Positions 1-8,831 are shown, counted from the stretch's first letter. The stretch: DNA of 24,525 bases from Candidatus Xenobia bacterium (GCA_045863235.1 BTUM01000105.1:1-24525); one strand, 5' to 3'. Numbers and translations are program-made. The notes: generated by a model from the letters alone, not told the origin.

Positions 1-270
1 TCCGAACGTTGGCTGTCCCGCGCCCCGACCGGCGGTGACAATCTCGGGCATCGGCTCGACCGTCCCCGGGTCCCGACCACCCAGAACGTCGCTCGTCCCA
101 CGCCCCGGCGCCGGTGTCAATGTCGGGCTTCCGGCTCGATTGCCCCGGGCTCCAGAAGCCGGCCACGCTGTCCCGCCGGCATCCATTTCAAGCATGGGTT
201 CGATTGCTTCCGGGCCGCTCAAAACGGCGCGCCCAGGTCGACGACCGGTTGAGCTTCGCCGGGGAAAGCC

Positions 271-1011
271 TCAGCCAGGCTTCAGCGCCTCGTGCAGGCG
301 TCCGTTGCTGGCCATGAAGCCACCCCTTGTCAACCTGGCCGGAGCTCCGTCCAGGCGCGTGAAGAGCCCCCCCGCCTCTTGCACGATCAGTCCTCCCGCG
401 GCCACGTCCCAGGGCTGCAGGTCCCACTCCCAGTAACCCTCTAATCGTCCGCAGGCCACCCAGCAGAGGTCCAGTGAGCAGCATCCATTGCGGCGCACTC
501 CGTGACAGAGCGCGTCCAGCCGGCGGAAGCGGTCATACTCCTCATCAGCCGAGGAGCCACCAAAGCCCGTGGCCAGCAGCGCCTCGGAAACAGACTCCAC
601 CTCGCTGACCGTGATGGGCAACTCGTTCAGGAACGCACCCTCGCCAGCGCGGGCCCGAAACAGCTCGCGGCGGAAGACATCGTAGACAACACCCAGCACC
701 ACTTTGTCACCCCTGGCCAGAGCCACCGACACGGCCACCTGGGGAAATCGGTGCACGAAGTTGGTGGTGCCGTCCAGCGGGTCCACCACCCAGCACCACT
801 CATCCTGGCCCCAGCGCCCCCCTTCCTCGCCCCAGAACGAGCAGGTCGGAAGCTCTCGGCGCAACAGTTCTTCAGCCCGCCGGTCGGTGGCCGTGACCAG
901 GCCTTCGGCTCCCTTGGAAGCATACTCGCGCTGGCCTCGTCGGATCAGCGCTCCGGCTCGCCGCACCAGCCGAACGGCCGCGCTTTCGGCGGTAGCCAGG
1001 GTCGTGCGAAT
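271..1011 (-). CDS. suhB: Inositol monophosphatase family protein (SuhB/ImpA-like); start uncertain (GTG 966 in the track, possibly ATT 1011 or CTG 999)
   Basis: Motifs GEEG, WVVDPLDGTTNF, LATGF and WDVAAG. The frame stays open upstream of 966 up to the TAG at 1026-1024 and encodes the expected first helix (AAVRLVRRAGALIR). Confidence 0.9.
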   Translation of the reverse strand: MRTTLATAESAAVRLVRRAGALIRRGQREYASKGAEGLVTATDRRAEELLRRELPTCSFWGEEGGRWGQDEWCWVVDPLDGTTNFVHRFPQVAVSVALARGDKVVLGVVYDVFRRELFRARAGEGAFLNELPITVSEVESVSEALLATGFGGSSADEEYDRFRRLDALCHGVRRNGCCSLDLCWVACGRLEGYWEWDLQPWDVAAGGLIVQEAGGLFTRLDGAPARLTRGGFMASNGRLHEALKPG

Positions 1012-1023
1012 GAGCGTGTCCCC

Positions 1024-1911
1024 CTACAGATCCGCGGCCAGCTCGCGGCGGTAGCAGCAGTCGCTGGCGTGGGTGCGAAAGCCCAGGCTCTGGTAGAGGC
1101 GGCAGGCGGCCTCGTTGCTCGAGCTGACGAACACCGAGGCGGTCAGGGCCCGGCGCCAGGCCAGCTCGTGCAAGGCCCAGGTAACCAGGTAACGACCCAG
1201 GCCGCGCCCTTGCATCGCGGGGGCCACGGCCATTCGGAACAGCTCGCCCTCGGTCTGCAGGGCGTGATGCTTGAGCCACAGATAGCCGATGGCTTGCTCG
1301 TCGAGCCGGGCCAGGCGCAGCAGCGAGGGGTCGAACCAGGGCTCGGCCAGGCGTAGCTGCAGGTCCTCCTCACTCCAGGCCCTCGTCGGATCGGGCTGTA
1401 CCGAGCGGTGCAGGGCCATCCAGGCAGACACGTCCCGAGAGCCATCGAAGGGATCCAGGCGGATCGGACCGGGCTGCAGAGGGGGTAGAGAGTCCAGCGC
1501 TCGCACCAGAAAGAGCAGGCGGCGCAGGGGGGCAAAGCCCAGCGAGCGACTCAGGCGGGCCCCACCCTCGTGGTCTCCGAAGCACCACACGTCCAGGTGG
1601 CTGGCCCCGCGCTCGCGGGCGCCCTGCACGCAAGCGTCCAGGAGGTGCCGGCCCAGGCCCTGGCGCCGGGCTGACGGGTCCACCAGCAGCTCGCCCCAGG
1701 CCCCCTGGCCGGTCAGGTGCAGTTGGGCGTATCCCGACCAGCCCTCGGCCCCGGGAACCCAGCTGGCCCAGGTGTCGCCCGTGCCCTTACGCAGGCGCAG
1801 CAGCAGCTCTTCGGAAAGGCAGCGCGACCGGTCGGCCTGCTGGCAGCGCTCCACCAACCGCTCTAGCTCGACGAGACCCGCACCCGACAGGCGATCGTTC
1901 CAGGTGACCAA
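1024..1911 (-). CDS. mshD: MshD-like tandem GNAT acetyltransferase (mycothiol synthase-like)
   Basis: Two acetyl-CoA motifs (VDPSARRQGLG, VAPAMQGRGLG), C-terminal NEAACRLYQSLGF, and MshD-typical segments ADxxxxLSEELLLRL and EPWFDP...IGYLWLKHH...GE. Confidence 0.75.
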   Translation of the reverse strand: MVTWNDRLSGAGLVELERLVERCQQADRSRCLSEELLLRLRKGTGDTWASWVPGAEGWSGYAQLHLTGQGAWGELLVDPSARRQGLGRHLLDACVQGARERGASHLDVWCFGDHEGGARLSRSLGFAPLRRLLFLVRALDSLPPLQPGPIRLDPFDGSRDVSAWMALHRSVQPDPTRAWSEEDLQLRLAEPWFDPSLLRLARLDEQAIGYLWLKHHALQTEGELFRMAVAPAMQGRGLGRYLVTWALHELAWRRALTASVFVSSSNEAACRLYQSLGFRTHASDCCYRRELAADL

Positions 1912-2042
1912 GAAAAGATGCGGCTCCCTTCCCCGATTTGCCCCCGGAGTTTCTGCCTCGCCGCCCGCCTTCCTTCGATCGTTTCCGGTGCAACCTTGCC
2001 CGCCGTCGCAAACTGAGCAAAACTCAACCGGGGGGCTTGACC

Positions 2043-4211
2043 ATGCGCCGAACGACCATCTGCTGGATCCTGATGCTGGCCTTGCTGACCGGCTGCTCGG
2101 GCGGCGTGTCGGCCTCGGGAGAGGCCGGCACCATTCCGGCCCCCCCCCGGGACCACGAAACGTCAGCCTGCGACTCGAAGTCGGCCTGTCCCGTGAGCTG
2201 ATTCAGGCCAGCGGCGGCCAGATCACCCAGGTTGTGGCGAAGTGGCGGCCCCCAACACCCTCGACCCCGGCACTCTCAGCGGGCGCCGGCTCGTGACTCA
2301 GGGCGCAGCGGAAGTGGGTCCGTCCGACTCCAAGGCCATTGTACTACTCGACGTGACCCCGGGCCTCTGGGAGGTGTACGTCTTCGGTCGCGACGCCGAC
2401 GGCCACGTGGTGGCCCAGGCTCCTTCGAGGCCCCCATCAACTCCGGTACGGTGCTGGTGCGCACAGTCGTGCTCCAGACCGGCTCACAGACCGGCTCGGT
2501 CGTGGTCAACCCCACCAGCGCCAGCGTGATCGTCGGGCAGACTCAAAGCTTTCGGCCCTGGCCCGGCTGGCCGACGGCTCGAGCTCCCCGGTGAGCTGGA
2601 CCAGCTCCAATCCCGCCCGGGAGCGGGGGCAAACGTCAGGCTGACGGCGGTGACGGTCACGTTGGGCGGAAGCACCACCAGGGTGGCCTGGGCCGAATGG
2701 CTGGAGTCGAGCGTCGAGGTGGCCAGGATCTGGACGGTGCCCGGAGCGACTCCGGTGGCAAGAGCGGTGGGGTCCACCGTGGCCCCACCGTGCTCGTCGG
2801 TGACCCGAGCCTGCAGTTCACGGCCACGGCCACCTTCTCCGACGGCACCACCCAGGACGTGACCCCCGTGGCCAGCTACGTCAGCTCGGCGCCGGCCGTG
2901 CTCTCGGTCAACGCGGCCGGTCAGGCCACCGCGCTCAGCGCTGGCAACGCCGCGGTCACGGCCGATTTCCAGGGAGTGACCAGCGCTCCCCTCAACGTGC
3001 TGGTGATCGCTCTGACCACCATCAACCTGACCTTCGCCCCGGCCCCCACCGTGAACGCCTGCAGTTCACCGCCACCGGGATTTTCTCCGATGGCTCCACC
3101 CAGGATCTGACCAACCTGGCCACCTATGCCAGCACCCGGCCTGCCGTGCTCACCGTCAACGCGACCGGCCAGGCCACGGCCCTGACCGCTGGCACCTCGG
3201 ATGTGACGGTGACCTGGGCGTCACCAGCGCCCCGGTCACCGTCACGGTCAGTTCCCCCGTCGCCCGGGTGCTGGTCCTCGACGGCACCAACCTCAATTCC
3301 GTGCTTCTGAACACCACCACCGGGGTGGCCACCCCGGTCCAGACCCTGCCCGTCGTGGGTCCTGCCCCGAGGGATATTTACTCCGACGTGGTCGGCAACC
3401 TGGTCTTCGTGGACCAGGCCGGAACCCAGGTCCAGCCGGTTTCTGTCAGCGCCGGGGCCGGGCTGAGCAGTCTCACGAGCATCTTCGGGTTCGCTGGCGG
3501 CGCCATCATGCCCATGGCCGGTCACAATGGCCGGCTCTACGTCTACGACGATGCCGGTGGCACGCCCGGCCTCAAGCGCTTCGTTTTCGACGGATTGACC
3601 ACGTTCAACCCGGTCGGGGTCACTTTCGGGACGACCCAGACCACGATCAAGTCGCTTCTTCTGGCTCCGCCGGCCACCCTGACGCAGTTCAGCTACGCGC
3701 TGGATGGCGCCGGCGCTCCGACCGGAGCCGTTCCGGGCGCCTTCGGCCCCAGCGCCGTGGTGAACATGGTGCAGCATCCCAATGGCACCTTCCTCATCAT
3801 CGCCAGCAACCTGGACGTTGAAACCGTGGCTACCGCGGGAACCGGCGCGATCGGGGCCACGCTGGACACCGATGTCTACTCGACCGTGGGCGGCGCCAAC
3901 GCCATGGCGCTCACCCCCAACGGCCAGTTCCTCTATGTGGTGACCGATTTTGGCCCTGCCTCCACCGACATCGACGTGTTCAGCGTGACCGCGGGCGGGG
4001 TGATGACCTTTGTCTCCTCGGTCAACGTCGGTGGCGGCTACAATGTCAACGATCTGGCCATCGATCCCGCGGGCCGATTCCTGCTCTATCCCACGGGATC
4101 GGCCTTGAGCAACGGCGTGGAGTTCCGCCCCATCGACCCGACCACGGGCGCCCTGGGCGCGGCCACCCTGATCGCCCTCCCGGGGCCACCCGGCTGGAAA
4201 TTTTGCCCTGA
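2043..4211 (+). pseudogene. Frameshifted lipoprotein with three Big_2-like Ig repeats and a C-terminal beta-propeller (decayed gene or local consensus errors)
   Basis: ATG 2043 with signal peptide and lipobox LLTGC. Ig-like pieces (SWTSSNPA, LQFTATATFSDGTTQDVT, LQFTATGIFSDGSTQDLT) lie in different frames, with about 7 frame switches and one inverted segment. Propeller repeats ALTPNGQFLYV and AIDPAGRFL. A natural-looking end PGATRLEILP* at TGA 4209-4211 is in a shifted frame. Confidence 0.7.
2618..2783 (-). other. Inverted internal segment of the lipoprotein gene
   Basis: The minus strand encodes ATVDPTALATGVAPGTVQILATSTLDSSHSAQATLVVLPPNVTVTAVSLTFAPAP, which fills the gap between plus-strand SWTSSNPA (ends 2617) and PTVLVGDPSLQF (starts 2784). 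Confidence 0.8.
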
Positions 4212-4248
4212 GGTAGGCGGTGGTGTCGCCAGACCGAAGGGGGGGCTG

Positions 4249-5181
4249 GTGTGGACCTGGGGCGATCGACTCGAATCGGTAGATCAGAGCGACTGGGCGC
4301 GGCTTCTCAGGGCCAGCCCTCGGCCCACGCCGTTCCTGGCTCCCAGCTTTCTCTTCCCCTGGAGAGCCGCCTTCGCGCCTGACCGCCCCTTGCGGATCGG
4401 ACGCTACAGCGCCGACGGGGCCGTGCGCGCCTTGCTTTTCCTCTATGACGCGGGGCTTTACGAGGAGTTGCTGGGCGGCCAGGACGTGGCCGATCGGCTG
4501 GACATGCTGGTCGAGCCGGCTTACGAAGAGGCTGCCGTTGGCGCCTTCCTGCAAGAGCCGCGCGAAAAGCCGGTGCGCTTTCCCAACCTGGCCCCGGATG
4601 CGTGCCTCTTTCGCCGGCTCGGCGAGCAGGCCGTCGCCACCCGGACCGACTCCAACCCGGTGCTGGCTCTGCCGCCAAGCTTTGAGGACTACCTTGGGGG
4701 GCTGACCAAGAAGCAACGCCACGAGCTGCGCCGCAAGATGCGCCGGGCCGAACGGCTGGGCGGACCGCTGCGTTTCGTGCTCGACCAGAGCGCCGGCCGC
4801 ATCGACGACTTCCTGCGCCTGCACCGCCTGAGCCATCCCGAAAAGGAACGCTTCATGGATCAGCGCATGGAGGGCTTTTTCCGCGCTCTACTGGGTGGCT
4901 GGGCCGAGGAAGGCAGACTGCGCCTGGCCCTGCTCGAGGGGCGAGGCCAGACCCTGGCGGCCATGCTCCAGGTGGCCGAAGGACGGGTGCTGCACCTCTA
5001 CAACTCGGGCTTCGATCCCGAGCACCGCGAGCTGGCGCCCGGGGTGGTGCTGCTGGGCATGTGCCTGCAGGACGCCATCGCCTCTCGTTACGAGGAATAC
5101 GACCTGCTGCGCGGCACCGAGCGCTACAAGTATGACCTGGGAGGGCAAGACCGCTCCGTCTGGCGACTCGATCTCCTGTGA
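4249..5181 (+). CDS. GNAT-family protein of the CelD/BcsL (Acetyltransf_6, FemAB-like fold) type
   Basis: Motifs LPPSFEDYLGGLTKKQRHELRRKMRR, YNSGFDPEHRELAPGVVL and YDLLRGTERYKY. Probable GTG start at 4249 after AAGGGGGG. Its stop overlaps the next start (GTGA). Confidence 0.85.
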   Translation: MWTWGDRLESVDQSDWARLLRASPRPTPFLAPSFLFPWRAAFAPDRPLRIGRYSADGAVRALLFLYDAGLYEELLGGQDVADRLDMLVEPAYEEAAVGAFLQEPREKPVRFPNLAPDACLFRRLGEQAVATRTDSNPVLALPPSFEDYLGGLTKKQRHELRRKMRRAERLGGPLRFVLDQSAGRIDDFLRLHRLSHPEKERFMDQRMEGFFRALLGGWAEEGRLRLALLEGRGQTLAAMLQVAEGRVLHLYNSGFDPEHRELAPGVVLLGMCLQDAIASRYEEYDLLRGTERYKYDLGGQDRSVWRLDLL

Positions 5182-6209
5182 AGCACCTCTGCCTGAGCTA
5201 CCACACCTGCCCCCTGGAAGAGACCGGCACCGGTCTTGCCGGCGGCATGAACGTCTACCTGCGTGGCTTGCTTCCGGCTCTGGAGGCCGATACGCTGGTG
5301 CTGACCGCCGGCGACCGTTCCGAAGAGCTCGGGTTGGGCAGGGCGCGCATTCTGCGCATCCCTTGCAAGAGCGAGCCCTGGACCCGCGAGCAGGCCTTCC
5401 AGTCCCTGCCCGAGTTCGTGCGCCAGGCCCGAGAGCGTATCTTGGGCCTGACCTTCGAGGCCGTTTCGGCCCACTACTGGATGTCGGCTCTGGCGGCTGA
5501 AGAGCTGGTCCCCGGGCTGAAACCCGTAGTGATGTTCCACTCCCTCGACCCCCGGCGCAACCCCGTGCGGCGGGAAGCCGAGCGACGCATCGCCGCCCGG
5601 GCCGCCAGTGTGGTCTTCTCCTCGGCGCTGGACCGGGCTGTCAGCCAGGCCAGCCTGCCCGAGCTCACCAGGGCCCGGATCATCCGTCCCGGACTCGAGC
5701 CCATCTTTTACCCCCGCAACCAGAGCCAGGCCCGCCAGGCCCTCGGTCTGCCCGACGATGAGACGCTGATCGGCCTGGTGGCCCGGGACGATCCGGCCAA
5801 GAACGCCGCCCTGGCCCGCCAGGTAACCCGTGAGTTGGGCCTGACCCTGATCGAGGTGCCCGGCCCGCGCTGGCCCCAGGGCTTGCCCCACCAGAGCATG
5901 CCCGACTTCTACGCGGCCATGGACCTCGTGCTGGCCATCGCCGACTACGAGACCTTTGGCCTGTCGGTCCTGGAGGCGCTGGCCTCGGGCTGCCGAGTGC
6001 TGGTCTCCGACCGCGGCTACTGGGGTGCCCTGGGCCGTCGCACCGGGGCGGTTCGGGTGACAGCGCTGAAAGACCTGGGCCGTAACCTGCAGCTGGCCCT
6101 GCAGGCGCCTCCCCCCGACCGGGCCCTGCAAAGCTACTTCACCTGGCCCCGCGCCGCCCGGCGCTGGCTTCAGGCCCTGCTCCAAAGTCGCTCGGGAAAA
6201 ACCTTGTAA
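5178..6209 (+). CDS. mshA: MshA-like GT4 glycosyltransferase (D-inositol-3-phosphate GlcNAc transferase-like)
   Basis: HTCPLEETGTGLAGGMNVY (MshA signature HTSP..QPGTGDAGGMNVY), HYWMS, and the GT4 ExFGLxxxEA motif ETFGLSVLEA. It is shorter than typical MshA. Confidence 0.8.
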   Translation: MKHLCLSYHTCPLEETGTGLAGGMNVYLRGLLPALEADTLVLTAGDRSEELGLGRARILRIPCKSEPWTREQAFQSLPEFVRQARERILGLTFEAVSAHYWMSALAAEELVPGLKPVVMFHSLDPRRNPVRREAERRIAARAASVVFSSALDRAVSQASLPELTRARIIRPGLEPIFYPRNQSQARQALGLPDDETLIGLVARDDPAKNAALARQVTRELGLTLIEVPGPRWPQGLPHQSMPDFYAAMDLVLAIADYETFGLSVLEALASGCRVLVSDRGYWGALGRRTGAVRVTALKDLGRNLQLALQAPPPDRALQSYFTWPRAARRWLQALLQSRSGKTL

Positions 6210-6232
6210 CGATTCTGTAACTCTGTTAAAAT
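6204..6232 (+). promoter_or_regulatory. Sigma70-type promoter of the MFS gene
   Basis: TTGTAA (6204-6209), 17-bp spacer, TGnTAAAAT extended -10 (hexamer 6227-6232). The ATG follows 8 nt later with no SD. Confidence 0.65.
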
Positions 6233-6240
6233 CGCCCGCA

Positions 6241-7599
6241 ATGGCCCAGAGGGATGTGCGTCGCGATCTCCGCTACATGACCCTGGAAGGCTCGGCTTTT
6301 TGCATCATGGCCGGGGCAGGCGAAGCCTATTTTCCCGCTTTCGTGCTGGCCCTGGGCCATTCGCAGGTGAGCGCCGGCCTGATCGCCACCCTGCCGCTCT
6401 TTTTGGGCAGCCTGCTGCAGAACCTGTTCCCCCCGCTCTTGCAGCGGGTGGGCTCGCTGCGCAGCTGGATGGTGGGTGCAGTGGCCCTGCAGGCCCTCTT
6501 CCTGATCTTGCTGATCAACTCGGCCGCTTCGCTGCCCCTGATCTTCCTGGCCGTCAGCCTCTACTGGGCGGCCGGCTGGGCCTGCGGACCGGCCTTCAAC
6601 ACCTGGGTCGAGCGCCTGGTGCCCCGCTCCGTGCGGCCCAGGTACTTTGCTCGCCGCACCGCCCTGTGCAACCTGGTGCAGTTCACCAGCATGCTGGCCG
6701 CCGGCTGGCTGCTCAGCCGGGGGGCCCAGTCCGGCCAGGCCCTGCAGGCCTTCACCCTGCTCTTCGGGGTGGCCGCCCTGGCCCGCCTCGCCTCCGCCTT
6801 CTTCCTGTCGCGCCAGACCGACGCCCGGCTGCCCGAAGGACACCGCGTGCTGGGCTTCAGGCAGGCCTTCGAGGTGGTGCGCAAGAGCCCTCAGGGGCGC
6901 ACCCTCTTCTACTTGCTGGGGGCGCAGGCGTCCCTGCAGATGGCCGCTCCCTTCGTCAGCCCCTTCCTGCTCGGCTGCCAGAAGCTGGGCTACTTTGACT
7001 ACATGCTGGTGCTCTCCACGCTGGTGCTGGCGCGCATCCTGGCCCTGCCTCGCCTGGGTGGCCTGGTGCGCCGGGCCGGGCCCCGCAGAATGTTCTACTG
7101 GAGCGGTCTTGGTCTCATTCCCGTGCCCCTCCTGTGGCTGGTTTGCGCTCCCAGCCTGCCCGCCATGCTGGCCCTGCAGGCCTTCACCGGAGTGCTGATG
7201 GCCTGCTACGATCTGGCCGTCATGATGACCTACATGGAAGCCATCCCCGCCACCGAGCGACCCAGCGTGCTGACGCGCTTCTCGGTGGCCCACACCCTGG
7301 CCATGCTGAGCGGCTCGGCCGTGGGCAGCCTGTTGCTCTGGGCTCTGGGCTCGAGCTGGACCGGCTACGCCGTCGTCTTCGGCCTGGCCGTGGTGGCCCG
7401 GGTGGCCGCCTTGCGCCTGCTGGCCATCGTGCCCGTGCCGGCGCCCCGGGTGGAGTTCCTGTCCGTCCCGCCGCGACTTGCGGGCGAGCCGGTGGTGGCT
7501 CGCGGTGCCCTGCTCACGAAGGTGGCCCAGCGCGCCGAGACGCGCGCCCGCGAGGTGGCCCTGACCGAGCTCGAAGTCAAGGCGCCCTCGCGTAACTGA
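6241..7599 (+). CDS. MFS transporter
   Basis: About 12 hydrophobic segments in two halves, with loop motifs WVERLVPRSVRPRYF, LGGLVRRAGPRR and EAIPATERP. Confidence 0.85.
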   Translation: MAQRDVRRDLRYMTLEGSAFCIMAGAGEAYFPAFVLALGHSQVSAGLIATLPLFLGSLLQNLFPPLLQRVGSLRSWMVGAVALQALFLILLINSAASLPLIFLAVSLYWAAGWACGPAFNTWVERLVPRSVRPRYFARRTALCNLVQFTSMLAAGWLLSRGAQSGQALQAFTLLFGVAALARLASAFFLSRQTDARLPEGHRVLGFRQAFEVVRKSPQGRTLFYLLGAQASLQMAAPFVSPFLLGCQKLGYFDYMLVLSTLVLARILALPRLGGLVRRAGPRRMFYWSGLGLIPVPLLWLVCAPSLPAMLALQAFTGVLMACYDLAVMMTYMEAIPATERPSVLTRFSVAHTLAMLSGSAVGSLLLWALGSSWTGYAVVFGLAVVARVAALRLLAIVPVPAPRVEFLSVPPRLAGEPVVARGALLTKVAQRAETRAREVALTELEVKAPSRN

Positions 7600-7604
7600 C
7601 GCTC

Positions 7605-8789
7605 ATGGCCCGTCTGCTCGTGCTGATGGGGTCGGGCGAGACCACCCCCACGATGACCTCCACCCACCGCGAGGTGCTCGCCCGCGTGGGCGGCCCGGCC
7701 GTGCTGCTGGATACGCCTTATGGCTTTCAGGAGAATGCCGAGAAAATTTCCGCCCGGGCCGTCCTGTATTTCGAGCGCAGTTGCGAGACGCGGCTCGAGG
7801 TGGCCCGCTGGCACGGCGAGGCCTCACCCCTCGATCGGGAGACCGCCCTGACCCTGGCCCGCGACGCCTCCTTCCTCTTCTCGGGTCCCGGTAGCCCCAG
7901 TTACGCCCTGCGCCAATGGCAGCAGACCGAGATGGCCGCCATTCTGGCCGAGAAGCTCTCCCGCCCTGGAGCCCTGGTCTTCGCCAGCGCTGCCGCCTGC
8001 ACGCTGGGCTCGCGGGCGGTGCCGGTGTACGAGATCTACAAGTGCGGGGCGGAGCCCCACTGGCTTCCCGGCCTGGACCTGCTCACCCCGCTGGGTTTCC
8101 CGGCCGTGGTGGTGCCCCACTGGAACATCCAGGTGGGGGAGGACCACGACACGCGCTACTGCATGCTGGGCGAGCGCCGCCTGCAGCTGATGGAGGCCGA
8201 GCTGCCCGAGGACCAGTTCCTGCTCGGCCTGGACGAGCACACCGCCCTGGTGCTCGACCTGGACACTCTGACCGGCCAGGTCACCGGCAAGGGGGCCGTG
8301 GTGGTGCGCCAGCGGGGTGTGACCACCACCTTCCCGGCCGGACGTCCCTTCCGGCTGGGCGAGCTTTGCGATGGCCCGGCTCCACCGGCTCTGGCCGCTG
8401 AACCCCCCCGGGCCCAGCCCCTGGTGCAGGAGGTGGATCGCCTCGAGCAGGCCATCCGCGCCGCTCTGGAGCAGCGCGACAGCCAGCAGGCCGTGGCCTC
8501 CGCCCTGGAGCTGGAGAGCTTGCTGGCCGAGTGGTCCCACGATACCGACGCGGCCAGCCTCAAGCGCGCCCGGGCCGCCCTGCGCTCAACCCTGGTGCAG
8601 CTCGGCCAGGCCGCCCGCACCGCCGGCGAGCTGCTCGAGCCGGTGGTGGAAGCCATGCTGACCTTGCGCCGCCAGGCCCGCTCGCGTCAGGAGTGGCGCG
8701 AGGCCGACGCCATCCGCGCCGAGCTCGCCCGGGCCGGCATCCAGGTGCACGACACCCCCGAGGGCACCCGCTGGGAGCTCGCTGGTTGA
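7605..8789 (+). CDS. Cyanophycinase/peptidase S51-like (class I GATase fold) protein fused to a CysRS C-terminal helical domain
   Basis: LVLMGSGE, GPGSP, nucleophile elbow FASAAA, VVPHWN and GLDEHTAL. The C-terminus LRRQARSRQEWREADAIRAELARAGIQVHDTPEGTRW resembles the end of CysS. No HIGH or KMSKS motifs. Confidence 0.75.
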   Translation: MARLLVLMGSGETTPTMTSTHREVLARVGGPAVLLDTPYGFQENAEKISARAVLYFERSCETRLEVARWHGEASPLDRETALTLARDASFLFSGPGSPSYALRQWQQTEMAAILAEKLSRPGALVFASAAACTLGSRAVPVYEIYKCGAEPHWLPGLDLLTPLGFPAVVVPHWNIQVGEDHDTRYCMLGERRLQLMEAELPEDQFLLGLDEHTALVLDLDTLTGQVTGKGAVVVRQRGVTTTFPAGRPFRLGELCDGPAPPALAAEPPRAQPLVQEVDRLEQAIRAALEQRDSQQAVASALELESLLAEWSHDTDAASLKRARAALRSTLVQLGQAARTAGELLEPVVEAMLTLRRQARSRQEWREADAIRAELARAGIQVHDTPEGTRWELAG

Positions 8790-8812
8790 GCTTTGTGCTA
8801 TGATCCCGTCGA

Positions 8813-8831
8813 CGGTGCCAAATGTCACTGA
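8813..8831 (+). promoter_or_regulatory. Conserved upstream operator-like motif, copy 1
   Basis: CGGTGCCAAATGTCACTGA, 16/19 identical to 9464-9482 and starting 75 nt before the ATG. Confidence 0.5.

Noticed and set aside
1..270. Partial gene at the left edge
   Set aside because: A minus-strand frame from ATG 195 is open to the edge but shows no recognisable motif, so it cannot be supported.
3268..5181. 637-aa beta-propeller-GNAT fusion in the ORF track
   Set aside because: A frame switch near 4180 gives the propeller a natural end (PGATRLEILP*, 4211), and the GNAT has its own SD and GTG at 4249. The upstream gene is full of similar indels, so the fusion is probably spurious.
7605..8789. Calling this gene cysS or mshC
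   Set aside because: No HIGH/KMSKS Rossmann domain; only the C-terminal helical part resembles CysRS.
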